NCBI GenBank assembly: GCA_919902445.1
Contig: CAKKQZ010000052.1
Span: forward strand, 1 to 54,113
Length of the DNA: 54,113 bases
DNA from: Omnitrophica bacterium GWA2_41_15
GTDB lineage: Bacteria; Omnitrophota; Gorgyraeia; Gygaellales; Profunditerraquicolaceae
Direction: 5' to 3'
Position 1 is the stretch's first letter; each line of letters begins with the position of its first letter. The notes under the pieces were generated by a model. That model did not search any database. It was not told the origin of the DNA and worked only from the letters and a program-made list of their open reading frames with translations. The translations under genes and the position numbers were made by a program. Shown here one piece after another: positions 33,450-41,985 of this stretch.

Positions 33450-34520
33450 TTAATTTAGCACCTTATCGATTATCCCCCCTCCGGACACTCTATCGCGCTC
33501 ATAAAATACCGCTGATTGGCCGGGAGTAATGGCGAATTCTGGTTTCTTAAATCTGATTTTGATTTTATTTTTATAGGGAATGGCTTCGGCCAGCGATTCT
33601 TTATGATTATACCTTATCTTAACTTTTAGGGCAACTTTATTTTTTATCGGCTTTGATATAAAATTCAACTCTTTAACCAGGAATTCTTTTTTACAGGCGC
33701 GCATCTTTGTGCCTACGGTTATAAGATTATTTTCCGGGTCTATCCGGGTAATATATACAGGGTAACCCCTGGCAATGCCCAAGCCCTCCCGCTGCCCAAT
33801 GGTATAGAATGCGATTCCTCTGTGCCCTCCCAATATATTGCCTTCAGAGTCAATAATTTTTCCGGGGACAATCGCTTTTTTTACCCGCGATTTTAAAAAT
33901 ACACGGTAATCATCTTGCGGCAAAAAACAAATCTCCTGGCTGCCAACTTTATCAGCAACAGCAAGGCAGAATTTTCTGGCTAATTCCCGAACCTCGTATT
34001 TTGTATAATTGCCTAAAGGAAAAAGTGAGCGTTTAAGCTGGTTTTGATTAAGGCGGTAAAGAAAATAAGATTGGTCCTTATTTAAATCCTTTGCTTTTTT
34101 GAGGCTATAACCGTTGTTTGCCCTGACAACCCTTGCGTAATGCCCGGTTGCAAGAAACTTTGCATCAAGAGCGATTGCCTTTTTTAATAAAAATGAGAAT
34201 TTAAGGTATTGATTGCAACGCACGCAGGGATTCGGGGTCCTTCCGGATAAATATTCCTGCAGGAAATCCCTGATCACATGTTCCTCAAGCGTCTTTTGCA
34301 TATTCACTACATAATGTTTTATGCCTAATTTATGCGCTACCCTCCTGGCATCCTCTATCCCCTGGATTCCGCAGCAGGCCGGCTTCTTCCTGTCGGAATC
34401 CACAAGGTTAAAACACATAGTCATGCCTATAACCTCATAACCCTGCTCCTTAAGTAAGGCAGCAGCCACAGAGGAATCCACTCCGCCGCTCATCGCCACT
34501 ACCACACGTTCTTTTTTCAT
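33450..34520 (-). CDS. mnmA: tRNA 2-thiouridine(34) synthase
   Basis: 356 aa. PP-loop AMSGGVDSSVAA. Confidence 0.92.
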   Translation of the reverse strand: MKKERVVVAMSGGVDSSVAAALLKEQGYEVIGMTMCFNLVDSDRKKPACCGIQGIEDARRVAHKLGIKHYVVNMQKTLEEHVIRDFLQEYLSGRTPNPCVRCNQYLKFSFLLKKAIALDAKFLATGHYARVVRANNGYSLKKAKDLNKDQSYFLYRLNQNQLKRSLFPLGNYTKYEVRELARKFCLAVADKVGSQEICFLPQDDYRVFLKSRVKKAIVPGKIIDSEGNILGGHRGIAFYTIGQREGLGIARGYPVYITRIDPENNLITVGTKMRACKKEFLVKELNFISKPIKNKVALKVKIRYNHKESLAEAIPYKNKIKIRFKKPEFAITPGQSAVFYERDRVSGGGIIDKVLN

Positions 34521-34545
34521 CCTACTATTAATTATATTTCTAACA

Positions 34546-34579
34546 AATAAGGCCCGATAATGAATTACCGGGCCTTATT
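34546..34579 (-). terminator. intrinsic terminator after cspA
   Basis: Sense strand: AAUAAGGCCCG-guaauucauuau-CGGGCCUUAUU followed by UGUU. Confidence 0.6.
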
Positions 34580-34596
34580 GCTTTATTTTTCTTAGT

Positions 34597-34797
34597 TTAT
34601 AGCTTCACTACCTTTGTAGCCTGCTCGCCTTTAGGACCTTTTTCAATTTCAAACTCTACTTCCTGGCCCTCCTCTAAAGACTTATAGCCATCACCCTGGA
34701 TTGCTGTGTGATGCACGAATACATCATTGCCATTCTCAGGAGTAATAAATCCATAACCTTTTTGGTTGGAAAACCACTTTACTTTACCTTTTGCCAT
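34597..34797 (-). CDS. cspA: cold-shock protein
   Basis: 66 aa. [14 protein letters not shown] and VFVHH RNP motifs. Confidence 0.95.
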   Translation of the reverse strand: MAKGKVKWFSNQKGYGFITPENGNDVFVHHTAIQGDGYKSLEEGQEVEFEIEKGPKGEQATKVVKL

Positions 34798-34819
34798 TAC
34801 TCACTACCCTCCTTTCCAC

Positions 34820-34880
34820 TTCCCGCTCAATGATTAATCTTAGGGCGGGATCCCGCCTTCTCTTAAAATGATTGGCGGGA
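34820..34880 (-). repeat. CGGGATCCCG double-hairpin element in the cspA leader
   Basis: Sense strand: UCCCGCC-N16-GGCGGGA|UCCCGCC-N17-GCGGGAA, ending 13 nt before the SD. Both loops contain AAUCAUU. Confidence 0.8.
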
Positions 34881-34907
34881 AAAATTATAGTAAATAACGG
34901 CAGAAAC

Positions 34908-34946
34908 AAAAAAAACCGCAAGAGCGAAAACTTCCCCTCCTTACGG
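34908..34946 (-). terminator. intrinsic terminator-like hairpin plus U8
   Basis: Sense strand: CCGUAAG-N17-CUUGCGG followed by UUUUUUUU. Lies 77 nt downstream of the ABM gene stop and upstream of the cspA leader. Confidence 0.5.
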
Positions 34947-35022
34947 CCCAAGACTTCTACTCCTTTATTTACTACGAGTATAAGTATATACTAAATTCAG
35001 GGTTTGTCAATCCTAATTTTTA

Positions 35023-35316
35023 TTATTTCCTGACCCGGTCTATTGCCTTAAGGTTAAAACACCCTAAAACTTTCACTTTTGACTTGGATTTTGTCACCAA
35101 CCGATCATGATATTTATTCATAAAGCGGTCGTGGTCCGACTTTGTCTGCCATTCATATACAGAAGCATACTGATTCTTGAAATCAAAGCGCTGCATGGTG
35201 CGATACGCAACAAACCCCTTGGCTTTCCTGGCATGGCTGGCCCACATTTTGCTGTCTTGGCGGTATTGTATAACTTCTTCCGGCTGGATTTCAAATAGCA
35301 TGCTATGGATAAACAT
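35023..35316 (-). CDS. ABM/Dabb-fold monooxygenase-like protein
   Basis: 97 aa. Size and alpha+beta pattern resemble antibiotic-biosynthesis-monooxygenase domains. Weak call. Confidence 0.45.
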   Translation of the reverse strand: MFIHSMLFEIQPEEVIQYRQDSKMWASHARKAKGFVAYRTMQRFDFKNQYASVYEWQTKSDHDRFMNKYHDRLVTKSKSKVKVLGCFNLKAIDRVRK

Positions 35317-35329
35317 CCTCGCTCCTTTT

Positions 35330-36670
35330 TTAGTCTGATAGAGATTTAATTACAACGTAAGCTTTGTTTAAGACATCTTTCAATTCATTCTTCTTGATAC
35401 AAAGCGGCAGGAATAGATAAACTATACTACCCAGCGGCCTTAAAACAAGGTTCTTTTTCAAGCCCTTTTTATAAACTTCTAAACCTATGCGCTCTCTTAT
35501 GCCGAAGGCCTGCTTCGTTTTCTTATTCTTAACCAGCTCTATTGCGCCTATTAACCCAATGTATCTGACATCTCCGACTGAAGGCAGGCATCTGAATTTT
35601 TCTAAACCATTATGTAATAACGGCGCTACCTCTTGTATTTTCTCCAGGGTTCTTTCTTTTTGGAAAACTTCCAAACTCGCCAAAGCAGCCGAGCAGGATA
35701 TTGGATTCGCCGTATAGGTATGGCCATGATAAAATGTCTTCCTCTTTTCATAATCCGCATAAAATGCTTTATGTGTTTTATCGGTGGCTAAGGTTGCTGC
35801 TAACGGCAGATACCCGGAGGTGAGGCCTTTGGAAAGGCAGATAAAATCGGGTTTTATTCCCGCATGCTCACAGGCGAACATTTTACCTGTCCTGCCAAAA
35901 CCGGTGGCAACTTCATCCGCAATTAAATGCACATTGAATCTTTTGGCCAACGCCGAAACGCCCTTTAAATACTCCCCGGGGTAAACAATCATACCCCCTG
36001 CGCCAAGGAGCATCGGCTCAATGATTATCGCGCTAATCTTTTCGGACTTTTCTCTTAGAAGTTTCTCAAGCGGTTTTATACAATCCATAGAGCAGGCTTC
36101 TTTAGTTTTTCCCATAGGACAACGGTAGCAATAAGGAGAGGGCACCTTGTAAGATGAGAAAAAAAGCGGGGTAAAAACTTCATTAAAAAGATTCACTCCG
36201 CTTACGCTCATTGCGCCGAGAGTATCTCCGTGATATCCGTAATCCAATGATATGAATTTAGTCTTTTTTCTCTCACCCTTATTATGCCAGTATTGAAACG
36301 ACATCTTTAAGGCCACTTCCACAGCCGTTGAACCATTATCCGAGAAAAATACCTTTGTCAGCCCAACAGGTGCCAAAGAAACAAGTCCTTCTGCTAACCT
36401 TATTGCCGGTTTATGAGTAAACCCGGCAAATAAAACATGCTCCAGGGAATCAATCTGTTTTTTTATCGCCTCTTTTATTTTAGGGTGATTGTGCCCGTGT
36501 ACATTGCACCACCAGCTTGAGATTGTATCATAATAAAAATTGCCTTTTGTATCAAAGAGCTTAATGCCTTCCGCTCTTTTTATTAAAATAGGCGGCATCT
36601 CCCGGCAATCCTTCATCTGCGTATAAGGATGCCAGATAAATTTTAAGTCTTTTTTAAGCAATTTATCCAT
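35330..36670 (-). CDS. bioA: adenosylmethionine-8-amino-7-oxononanoate aminotransferase
   Basis: 446 aa class III aminotransferase. DEVATGFGRTGKMFA and LSKGLTSGY. Confidence 0.9.
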   Translation of the reverse strand: MDKLLKKDLKFIWHPYTQMKDCREMPPILIKRAEGIKLFDTKGNFYYDTISSWWCNVHGHNHPKIKEAIKKQIDSLEHVLFAGFTHKPAIRLAEGLVSLAPVGLTKVFFSDNGSTAVEVALKMSFQYWHNKGERKKTKFISLDYGYHGDTLGAMSVSGVNLFNEVFTPLFFSSYKVPSPYCYRCPMGKTKEACSMDCIKPLEKLLREKSEKISAIIIEPMLLGAGGMIVYPGEYLKGVSALAKRFNVHLIADEVATGFGRTGKMFACEHAGIKPDFICLSKGLTSGYLPLAATLATDKTHKAFYADYEKRKTFYHGHTYTANPISCSAALASLEVFQKERTLEKIQEVAPLLHNGLEKFRCLPSVGDVRYIGLIGAIELVKNKKTKQAFGIRERIGLEVYKKGLKKNLVLRPLGSIVYLFLPLCIKKNELKDVLNKAYVVIKSLSD

Positions 36671-37409
36671 TTTTCAGTATTCGTTTAAGTATTTTATTTC
36701 CTATGGGAATAAACTTTTTGTATATCTTTTCATAATCCGGCTCCCGCTCTAAATTACCGAGGACCTCGCATGCTGTTAATGCCTTTATGATCCGGGGGTT
36801 ATCTTTAAGGATTAAACTATTCTGCTTCCAGAGATTATTAAAGACTAAGCCTAATGTCTTTATTTTTCTTGCATTCAACGACTCTATGGCCAATAAAGTA
36901 TGGTTTATCGCCCCTAACTTATTTCCCGCCACAATCAGCGCCGGTAATTTAAGCTCCTTAACTATATCTATCAGTAGTTTGTTTTTATTAATGGGGACCA
37001 GTGCGCCACCCGTCCCTTCAACTATTACAAAATCAAACATTTTAGATAATGACCTGAAGCTCTTTTTTATTTTATCTGGATCTATTTTTTTATTTTCCAA
37101 CCTGGATGCCAAGTGCGGAGAGGCCGGGGTTTTAAATACATTGGGCAAAATTAAAGGCAGGTATTCTTTTACCTGATTTAGGGAGCGTTTGGAAATCTTA
37201 AAGTGTATTCCTATATCCGAGGAAAGAAGGGAATTGCTTCCGGTTTGGACCCATTTTTGGGTTATAACGCTATAACCTTTCTGTGTCAAATACCTGAAAA
37301 GGCAGCCTGTTACCACGGTCTTTCCCACTCCTGTATCTGTCCCGGTTACAAATATCCCTTTCACTTTCGGACTTATCCCTTTCTGGCCCGGCAATAAAAA
37401 ACCTGACAA
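36663..37409 (-). CDS. bioD: dethiobiotin synthetase
   Basis: 248 aa. P-loop GTDTGVGKT. Confidence 0.85.
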   Translation of the reverse strand: MSGFLLPGQKGISPKVKGIFVTGTDTGVGKTVVTGCLFRYLTQKGYSVITQKWVQTGSNSLLSSDIGIHFKISKRSLNQVKEYLPLILPNVFKTPASPHLASRLENKKIDPDKIKKSFRSLSKMFDFVIVEGTGGALVPINKNKLLIDIVKELKLPALIVAGNKLGAINHTLLAIESLNARKIKTLGLVFNNLWKQNSLILKDNPRIIKALTACEVLGNLEREPDYEKIYKKFIPIGNKILKRILKNG

Positions 37410-38137
37410 GTTGCTTTTATTTTCTTGAATTTACCTAAATAGCAATCCTGCAGCCTCTCAAACACCCGGGGGGTAAATAGCATCTTGGCCCCGAAACCTT
37501 CCCCCCTTATCCCTGTATATTTTATTTTTCGCAGTAAATCTTTAAGGCAAAGGAAGGTTTCTTCGTATAAAGCCTCTTTTATTTGCGCTTCTTTGAAGTT
37601 TTCTTCAAGGATTGACTTTAAGCCTTCTTGAGATGTAAAACTTACGCCGTTACCAAAGGCGCTTAACCCAAGCGATTTTAAAGATTCATTTAATTCTTTA
37701 AATGTGCCGGGGCCGAATATTGAAAATGCTATGATTCCCTCCTTTGAAAGCGAGCCCTTGTATTTTCTTAATGCTTTTCTTAAATCCTCAAACCACTGAA
37801 AACAGGCGTTAGAGGTAATCAGGTCATAATTTTCCCGTAACTCGGTATTTTCTGCGTCAGCAACCCTAAAATCCACTTCCCCTCTTTTAAATTTTTCGCA
37901 GGCGACTTCCACCATCCTTTCAGACAGGTCTATCGCCTCTAACTTTGCCTGCTTAAACTTTTTCATCAAAAGAAGGGTATAATTTCCCGTGCCGCATCCA
38001 ATTTCAAGGATATTCCTAAAATCCACCTGATCGATTAACCCGAGTAACTCTGAGGCTGCGCGTTTTTGGATATCCGCATACCTGTCGTAAGTATGGGCGC
38101 ATCTGGAAAAATTCCTGGTAATTATTCTTTTATCCAT
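37373..38137 (-). CDS. bioC: malonyl-ACP O-methyltransferase
   Basis: 254 aa. FSRCAHTYDRYADIQ and SAM motif LEIGCGTGN. Confidence 0.85.
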   Translation of the reverse strand: MDKRIITRNFSRCAHTYDRYADIQKRAASELLGLIDQVDFRNILEIGCGTGNYTLLLMKKFKQAKLEAIDLSERMVEVACEKFKRGEVDFRVADAENTELRENYDLITSNACFQWFEDLRKALRKYKGSLSKEGIIAFSIFGPGTFKELNESLKSLGLSAFGNGVSFTSQEGLKSILEENFKEAQIKEALYEETFLCLKDLLRKIKYTGIRGEGFGAKMLFTPRVFERLQDCYLGKFKKIKATCQVFYCRARKG

Positions 38138-38825
38138 TGAATTTGTCCCTGAAATTCCCGGCTAAAAAAGGGATGTGCCCGCACTCGAGGGTCACAAAAT
38201 CAGCCAAAGGCAAATCATCCCTTAACAAGACTGCCTTTTCAAAAGGCGCAATCGCGTCCTTTCTGCCGTGAAAAATCCTTAATTTCTTAATCCGGGCCAA
38301 AGAATCAGTTTTTAGCTGTGATTGCGATAAATAATCGAGGCCGGCGAGCAAATAATTGAGTTCCATCCCCCCGCAGTAATCCTCAAGCAGGTTCTTCTTA
38401 AACCAGGCCAAGGCCTCTAAATCATTATCCGAAAAACACTCCAGATAAAACTTATAAAGAAACGCTCTTTTGTTTTTAAAAAGTTGGCTTTTAATTTCTT
38501 CTAAGGCCTTAAGCCCGTATCTTTTGCGTATGCTTACAAGCAAAAGCTCCTCTATCATATTATGATTGTTTAAAGCAAATTCCTGCGCTAGAAAAGCTCC
38601 CAAAGACCAGCCGAAGAGTGAAATTCTCTTTATGGATTCCCTGTTTAATATCTTCGTTAAGCCGGCATTAAAGTTAGAGGGCTCAAATTTTACCGGCACT
38701 AAATAATTGTAGTCCAGGTTGAGGGTATTAAATATCCTAAAATCAGTTGCCCATCCCGGAATAAGTACTAAAAAACTAGAGAAACCCCTGTCTATCAATT
38801 TAAACTCTGATACTGGAGATTTCAT
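38130..38825 (-). CDS. alpha/beta hydrolase, probable pimeloyl-ACP methyl ester esterase (BioH-like)
   Basis: 231 aa. GWSLGA nucleophile elbow. Positioned between bioF and bioC. Confidence 0.65.
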   Translation of the reverse strand: MKSPVSEFKLIDRGFSSFLVLIPGWATDFRIFNTLNLDYNYLVPVKFEPSNFNAGLTKILNRESIKRISLFGWSLGAFLAQEFALNNHNMIEELLLVSIRKRYGLKALEEIKSQLFKNKRAFLYKFYLECFSDNDLEALAWFKKNLLEDYCGGMELNYLLAGLDYLSQSQLKTDSLARIKKLRIFHGRKDAIAPFEKAVLLRDDLPLADFVTLECGHIPFLAGNFRDKFNG

Positions 38826-39981
38826 TTATAAGTTTTTGCAATATTTCTTCGCTATGGTCAAAGGTCAATGAAAATCTTAAGCGCGCCTCACCCAAAGGAA
38901 CAGTAGGGGGCCTGATGGGTAAAACCCAATAACCTTTTTCCTGCAGTTTCCTGGCGAATTCTACCGTCTTCAAATTTCCCCCTGTTATTAGCGGGATTAT
39001 TTGCGATTCCCCTTTAACCTCAAAACCCTCACTTTTTAGATTATTGCGGAAATATTCTGCTTTTATTAAAAGTTTTTCCCTGCGCAGTGGCTCCTCTTTT
39101 ACTAAACCAAGCGCAGCCAGGTTACAGGCGATTACCGACGGCGGCAAAGCTGTTGAATAGATAAAACTTCGGCAGGTATTTATCAAATATTTAGACACTT
39201 TTGAAGAAGTGGCTAAATAAGCCCCGAATCCGGCTAAGGCCTTGCTAAAGGTCCCCATGATAAAATCTATTTTTTCCCCTAATCCCTCTTTTTCTACTAC
39301 GCCGCTTCCGTTTTGTCCGAATATTCCGGTAGCATGCGCTTCATCCACAAAAATTTCGCAATTATATTTTTCCTTTAATAACACAAGCCCTTTTAACGGG
39401 GCTTCGTCTCCGTCCATACTGAAAATACTCTCGGTAATTATCAGGGCGCTTTTAAATTTCGCTCTTTCTTTTTTAAGAAGCCCTTCGAGGTGCGCTACAT
39501 CGTTATGCTGAAAACGGAAAAAATTAGCTTGAGAAAGGATTACCCCGTCAATGATACTGGCATGGCTTAAGGCGTCGAAAAATATAACATCGCCTTTGCC
39601 GTAAAGGGAGCTTAAGATACCGACATTCGCCTGATAACCGGAATTAAAAAACAGGGCTGATTCTTTATTTTTAAAATCAGCTATTTTTTCTTCTAGCGAA
39701 TGATTTAATTCCAAATCCCCGCTCAAAAGCCGCGAGGCGCAAGACCCTGTGCCAAATTTATCTATCGCGCCCTTGCTTGCCTCGATGAGTTTAGGGTGGC
39801 TTGATAAACCAAGGTAATCATTTGAGGAAAAATCAATATATTCCCTGTTATTAATGCCTATCTTTCCGTTTTTGCGCCAAGAAACAGGCCTTAAAACCCT
39901 TAAGCCACCTTCTTCTTCCCTTTTTTTTAAAAACCCATCTATATCTGCCATATTTTTTTTATTTCTTCGGCTAATCTCCAA
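38800..39981 (-). CDS. bioF: 8-amino-7-oxononanoate synthase
   Basis: 393 aa (start possibly MADIDGF at 39951). PLP-lysine motif GTFSKALAG. Confidence 0.88.
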   Translation of the reverse strand: MEISRRNKKNMADIDGFLKKREEEGGLRVLRPVSWRKNGKIGINNREYIDFSSNDYLGLSSHPKLIEASKGAIDKFGTGSCASRLLSGDLELNHSLEEKIADFKNKESALFFNSGYQANVGILSSLYGKGDVIFFDALSHASIIDGVILSQANFFRFQHNDVAHLEGLLKKERAKFKSALIITESIFSMDGDEAPLKGLVLLKEKYNCEIFVDEAHATGIFGQNGSGVVEKEGLGEKIDFIMGTFSKALAGFGAYLATSSKVSKYLINTCRSFIYSTALPPSVIACNLAALGLVKEEPLRREKLLIKAEYFRNNLKSEGFEVKGESQIIPLITGGNLKTVEFARKLQEKGYWVLPIRPPTVPLGEARLRFSLTFDHSEEILQKLINEISSIRV

Positions 39982-40856
39982 TCCTCTTCTACGCTTCTGC
40001 CTTTAATAGTTAAATACCCTCCGATAAGCATTCCGTTTGCCCCTGCCATAAATCCTAAGGCCTGAAAATCCTTTAACAGGGATTCTCTGCCAGCGGCAAT
40101 TTTAATGACTTTGTCTTTTAATATAATCCTAAAAATAGCTATGGTTCGGATTACCTCTTCGCAGGTAATTGGCGGCTTACCCTCTAAAGGTGTGCCTTTT
40201 ACCGGCACCAGGATATTCAGAGGCACTGAATCCACATTGAGCTCCTGCAGGCATAAAGCCATCTCTACCCTGTCTTCCATAGTCTCGCCTAAACCAATTA
40301 TTCCTCCGCTGCAAACTCTTAATCCCGCGTTTTTAGCGGCCTTAATCGTATTTACCCTATCCTGAAAAGTATGGGTGGTAACGATTTTCGGGAAATAACC
40401 GGCAGAGGTTTCTATATTATGGTGATACTGCGTAAGGCCTGACTGCTTTAATTCCTTAAGCGCCTCTTCTCCCATCGCCCCCAAAGAAGCGCACATTTTT
40501 ATGCCTAATTCTTTAGTGATTTCAGTAATTACTTCGCAGATTACTTTTAATTCTTCTTTTGACAGCGAATCTCCGCTTGTAACGATATCAAACCTTTCTG
40601 CGCCTATATCTTTTGCCCGGCGGGCCGCGTCAAATATCTCTTTTTTTGTTTTAAGCGGATATACCGGTATTTTAGTCTTATGCCTGAGCGCCTGCGCGCA
40701 AAATTTACAATCCTGGCCGCATAGCCCGGATTTAGCGTTCAAAATGCTGCATAAGTCCAGATTTGTGCCCGCAAATTCTCTCCTTACTTTATCCGCTATC
40801 GATATAAGCTCTGAAAGGGGAAGCTTCAAAAACGAATTTATCAGTTCTTTTTTCAT
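39939..40856 (-). CDS. bioB: biotin synthase
   Basis: 305 aa radical SAM protein. CGQDCKFCAQ. Confidence 0.92.
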   Translation of the reverse strand: MKKELINSFLKLPLSELISIADKVRREFAGTNLDLCSILNAKSGLCGQDCKFCAQALRHKTKIPVYPLKTKKEIFDAARRAKDIGAERFDIVTSGDSLSKEELKVICEVITEITKELGIKMCASLGAMGEEALKELKQSGLTQYHHNIETSAGYFPKIVTTHTFQDRVNTIKAAKNAGLRVCSGGIIGLGETMEDRVEMALCLQELNVDSVPLNILVPVKGTPLEGKPPITCEEVIRTIAIFRIILKDKVIKIAAGRESLLKDFQALGFMAGANGMLIGGYLTIKGRSVEEDWRLAEEIKKIWQI

Positions 40857-40967
40857 CTGGGGCCCTTTCTTATCCGCCTTCGCACAGTCTACCTACGCAC
40901 TTCATGCTTCGGTGGATCCGCCGTAGCTCTCAAAAGAGCGTAGGCGGAAAATAATAAACCCGGCTTT

Positions 40968-41020
40968 ATTATATTAATTGCCGGGCTTATTGTCAACTGT
41001 AATATTATTATACGTTTACA
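40968..41020 (-). promoter_or_regulatory. bio operon promoter (TTGACA-N17-TATAAT) overlapping a BirA operator-like inverted repeat
   Basis: Sense strand: TGTAAAC-N16-GTTGACA (41020-40991). Its right half contains TTGACA (40996-40991), followed by a 17-nt spacer and TATAAT (40973-40968). Confidence 0.65.
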
Positions 41021-41977
41021 TTATCTGCAATGAACTACATCTCCAGCGGTAATCTTCTGAGTCAGGCCATGGTCGTTTCGTAAAAGCAGGCTGCCGTCCT
41101 TATCTATATCCAGGGCCTGCCCTTCATAATGCTCTTTCTGGCTGTATACCTTTACGCGCCTGCCCAAGGTAATGTTATGTTCGCGCCATTTATCTATTAT
41201 CGCAGGAGCGCCCCGCGCTTTAAAAAGCAGGTAATTGTTTTCAATCTTACGCAATATTCCCTGCAATAATTCTACCCGGTTGAAATTCTGTTTTTTCTCA
41301 TTTCTTAAAGAAGTTGCCCCGCTAACAAGATTTTTCTTTTCGTTATTTATGTTCAGGCCTATGCCGATGACTACAAAGTTTATTTTATCGGTCTCTGCAT
41401 TTAGTTCCGTCAAAATCCCGCCTAATTTTTTATCGTTGATTAAAATATCGTTTGGCCATTTTATCTTTGCATCCGCGTCCGCTGCTTCCTTTAGCGCCTC
41501 GCATATACTTACAGCCGACAGAAGCGTAAGCAGGGGCGACTGGTAAGGCAAAATTCCGGGTTTCAAAATCAGGGATAAATATATACCTTTATATTTCAAA
41601 GAAATCCAGTTTCTGCCGAGCCGCCCCCTTCCCTTTGTTTGCGCTTCTGCTAAAACTAACGTGCCTTCAGGGGCCCCTTTAATACCCAGTTGAAATGCGG
41701 TGTCCATGGTCGAAGCAATACCTTCAAAATAATAAATCTTCCTGCCGATAAATTTAGTGTTGAGTTCGCGCGCAATTTCAAAGCCATACAGGCGGTCGGG
41801 GCTTGATTCAAGGCGGTATCCCAGATGAGGCACTGCTACGATCTCATAACCGTTTTCTTTTAATTCCTGTATATGTTTCCAGAGGGCTTGCCTGCTTATC
41901 CCTAAACGGTGGCTGATCTGGTCTCCTGAGATATAGCCCTGTTTTCTTTTTAAAAAATCCAGGATCTTCTGGCGCAT
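41021..41977 (-). CDS. birA: bifunctional biotin--protein ligase / bio operon repressor
   Basis: 318 aa. N-terminal wHTH (ISGDQISHRLGISRQALWKHIQELKENGY) and TKGRGRLGRNW. Confidence 0.9.
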   Translation of the reverse strand: MRQKILDFLKRKQGYISGDQISHRLGISRQALWKHIQELKENGYEIVAVPHLGYRLESSPDRLYGFEIARELNTKFIGRKIYYFEGIASTMDTAFQLGIKGAPEGTLVLAEAQTKGRGRLGRNWISLKYKGIYLSLILKPGILPYQSPLLTLLSAVSICEALKEAADADAKIKWPNDILINDKKLGGILTELNAETDKINFVVIGIGLNINNEKKNLVSGATSLRNEKKQNFNRVELLQGILRKIENNYLLFKARGAPAIIDKWREHNITLGRRVKVYSQKEHYEGQALDIDKDGSLLLRNDHGLTQKITAGDVVHCR

Positions 41978-41985
41978 TATTATGA

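Noticed and set aside
40950-40988. Hairpin AAGCCCGGC...GCCGGGTTT plus ATTATTTT as a simple birA terminator.
   Set aside because: Not rejected outright. However, the same nucleotides form the 17-nt spacer and the -10 of a perfect TTGACA/TATAAT promoter, so I report it as part of the promoter/operator and not as a separate terminator.
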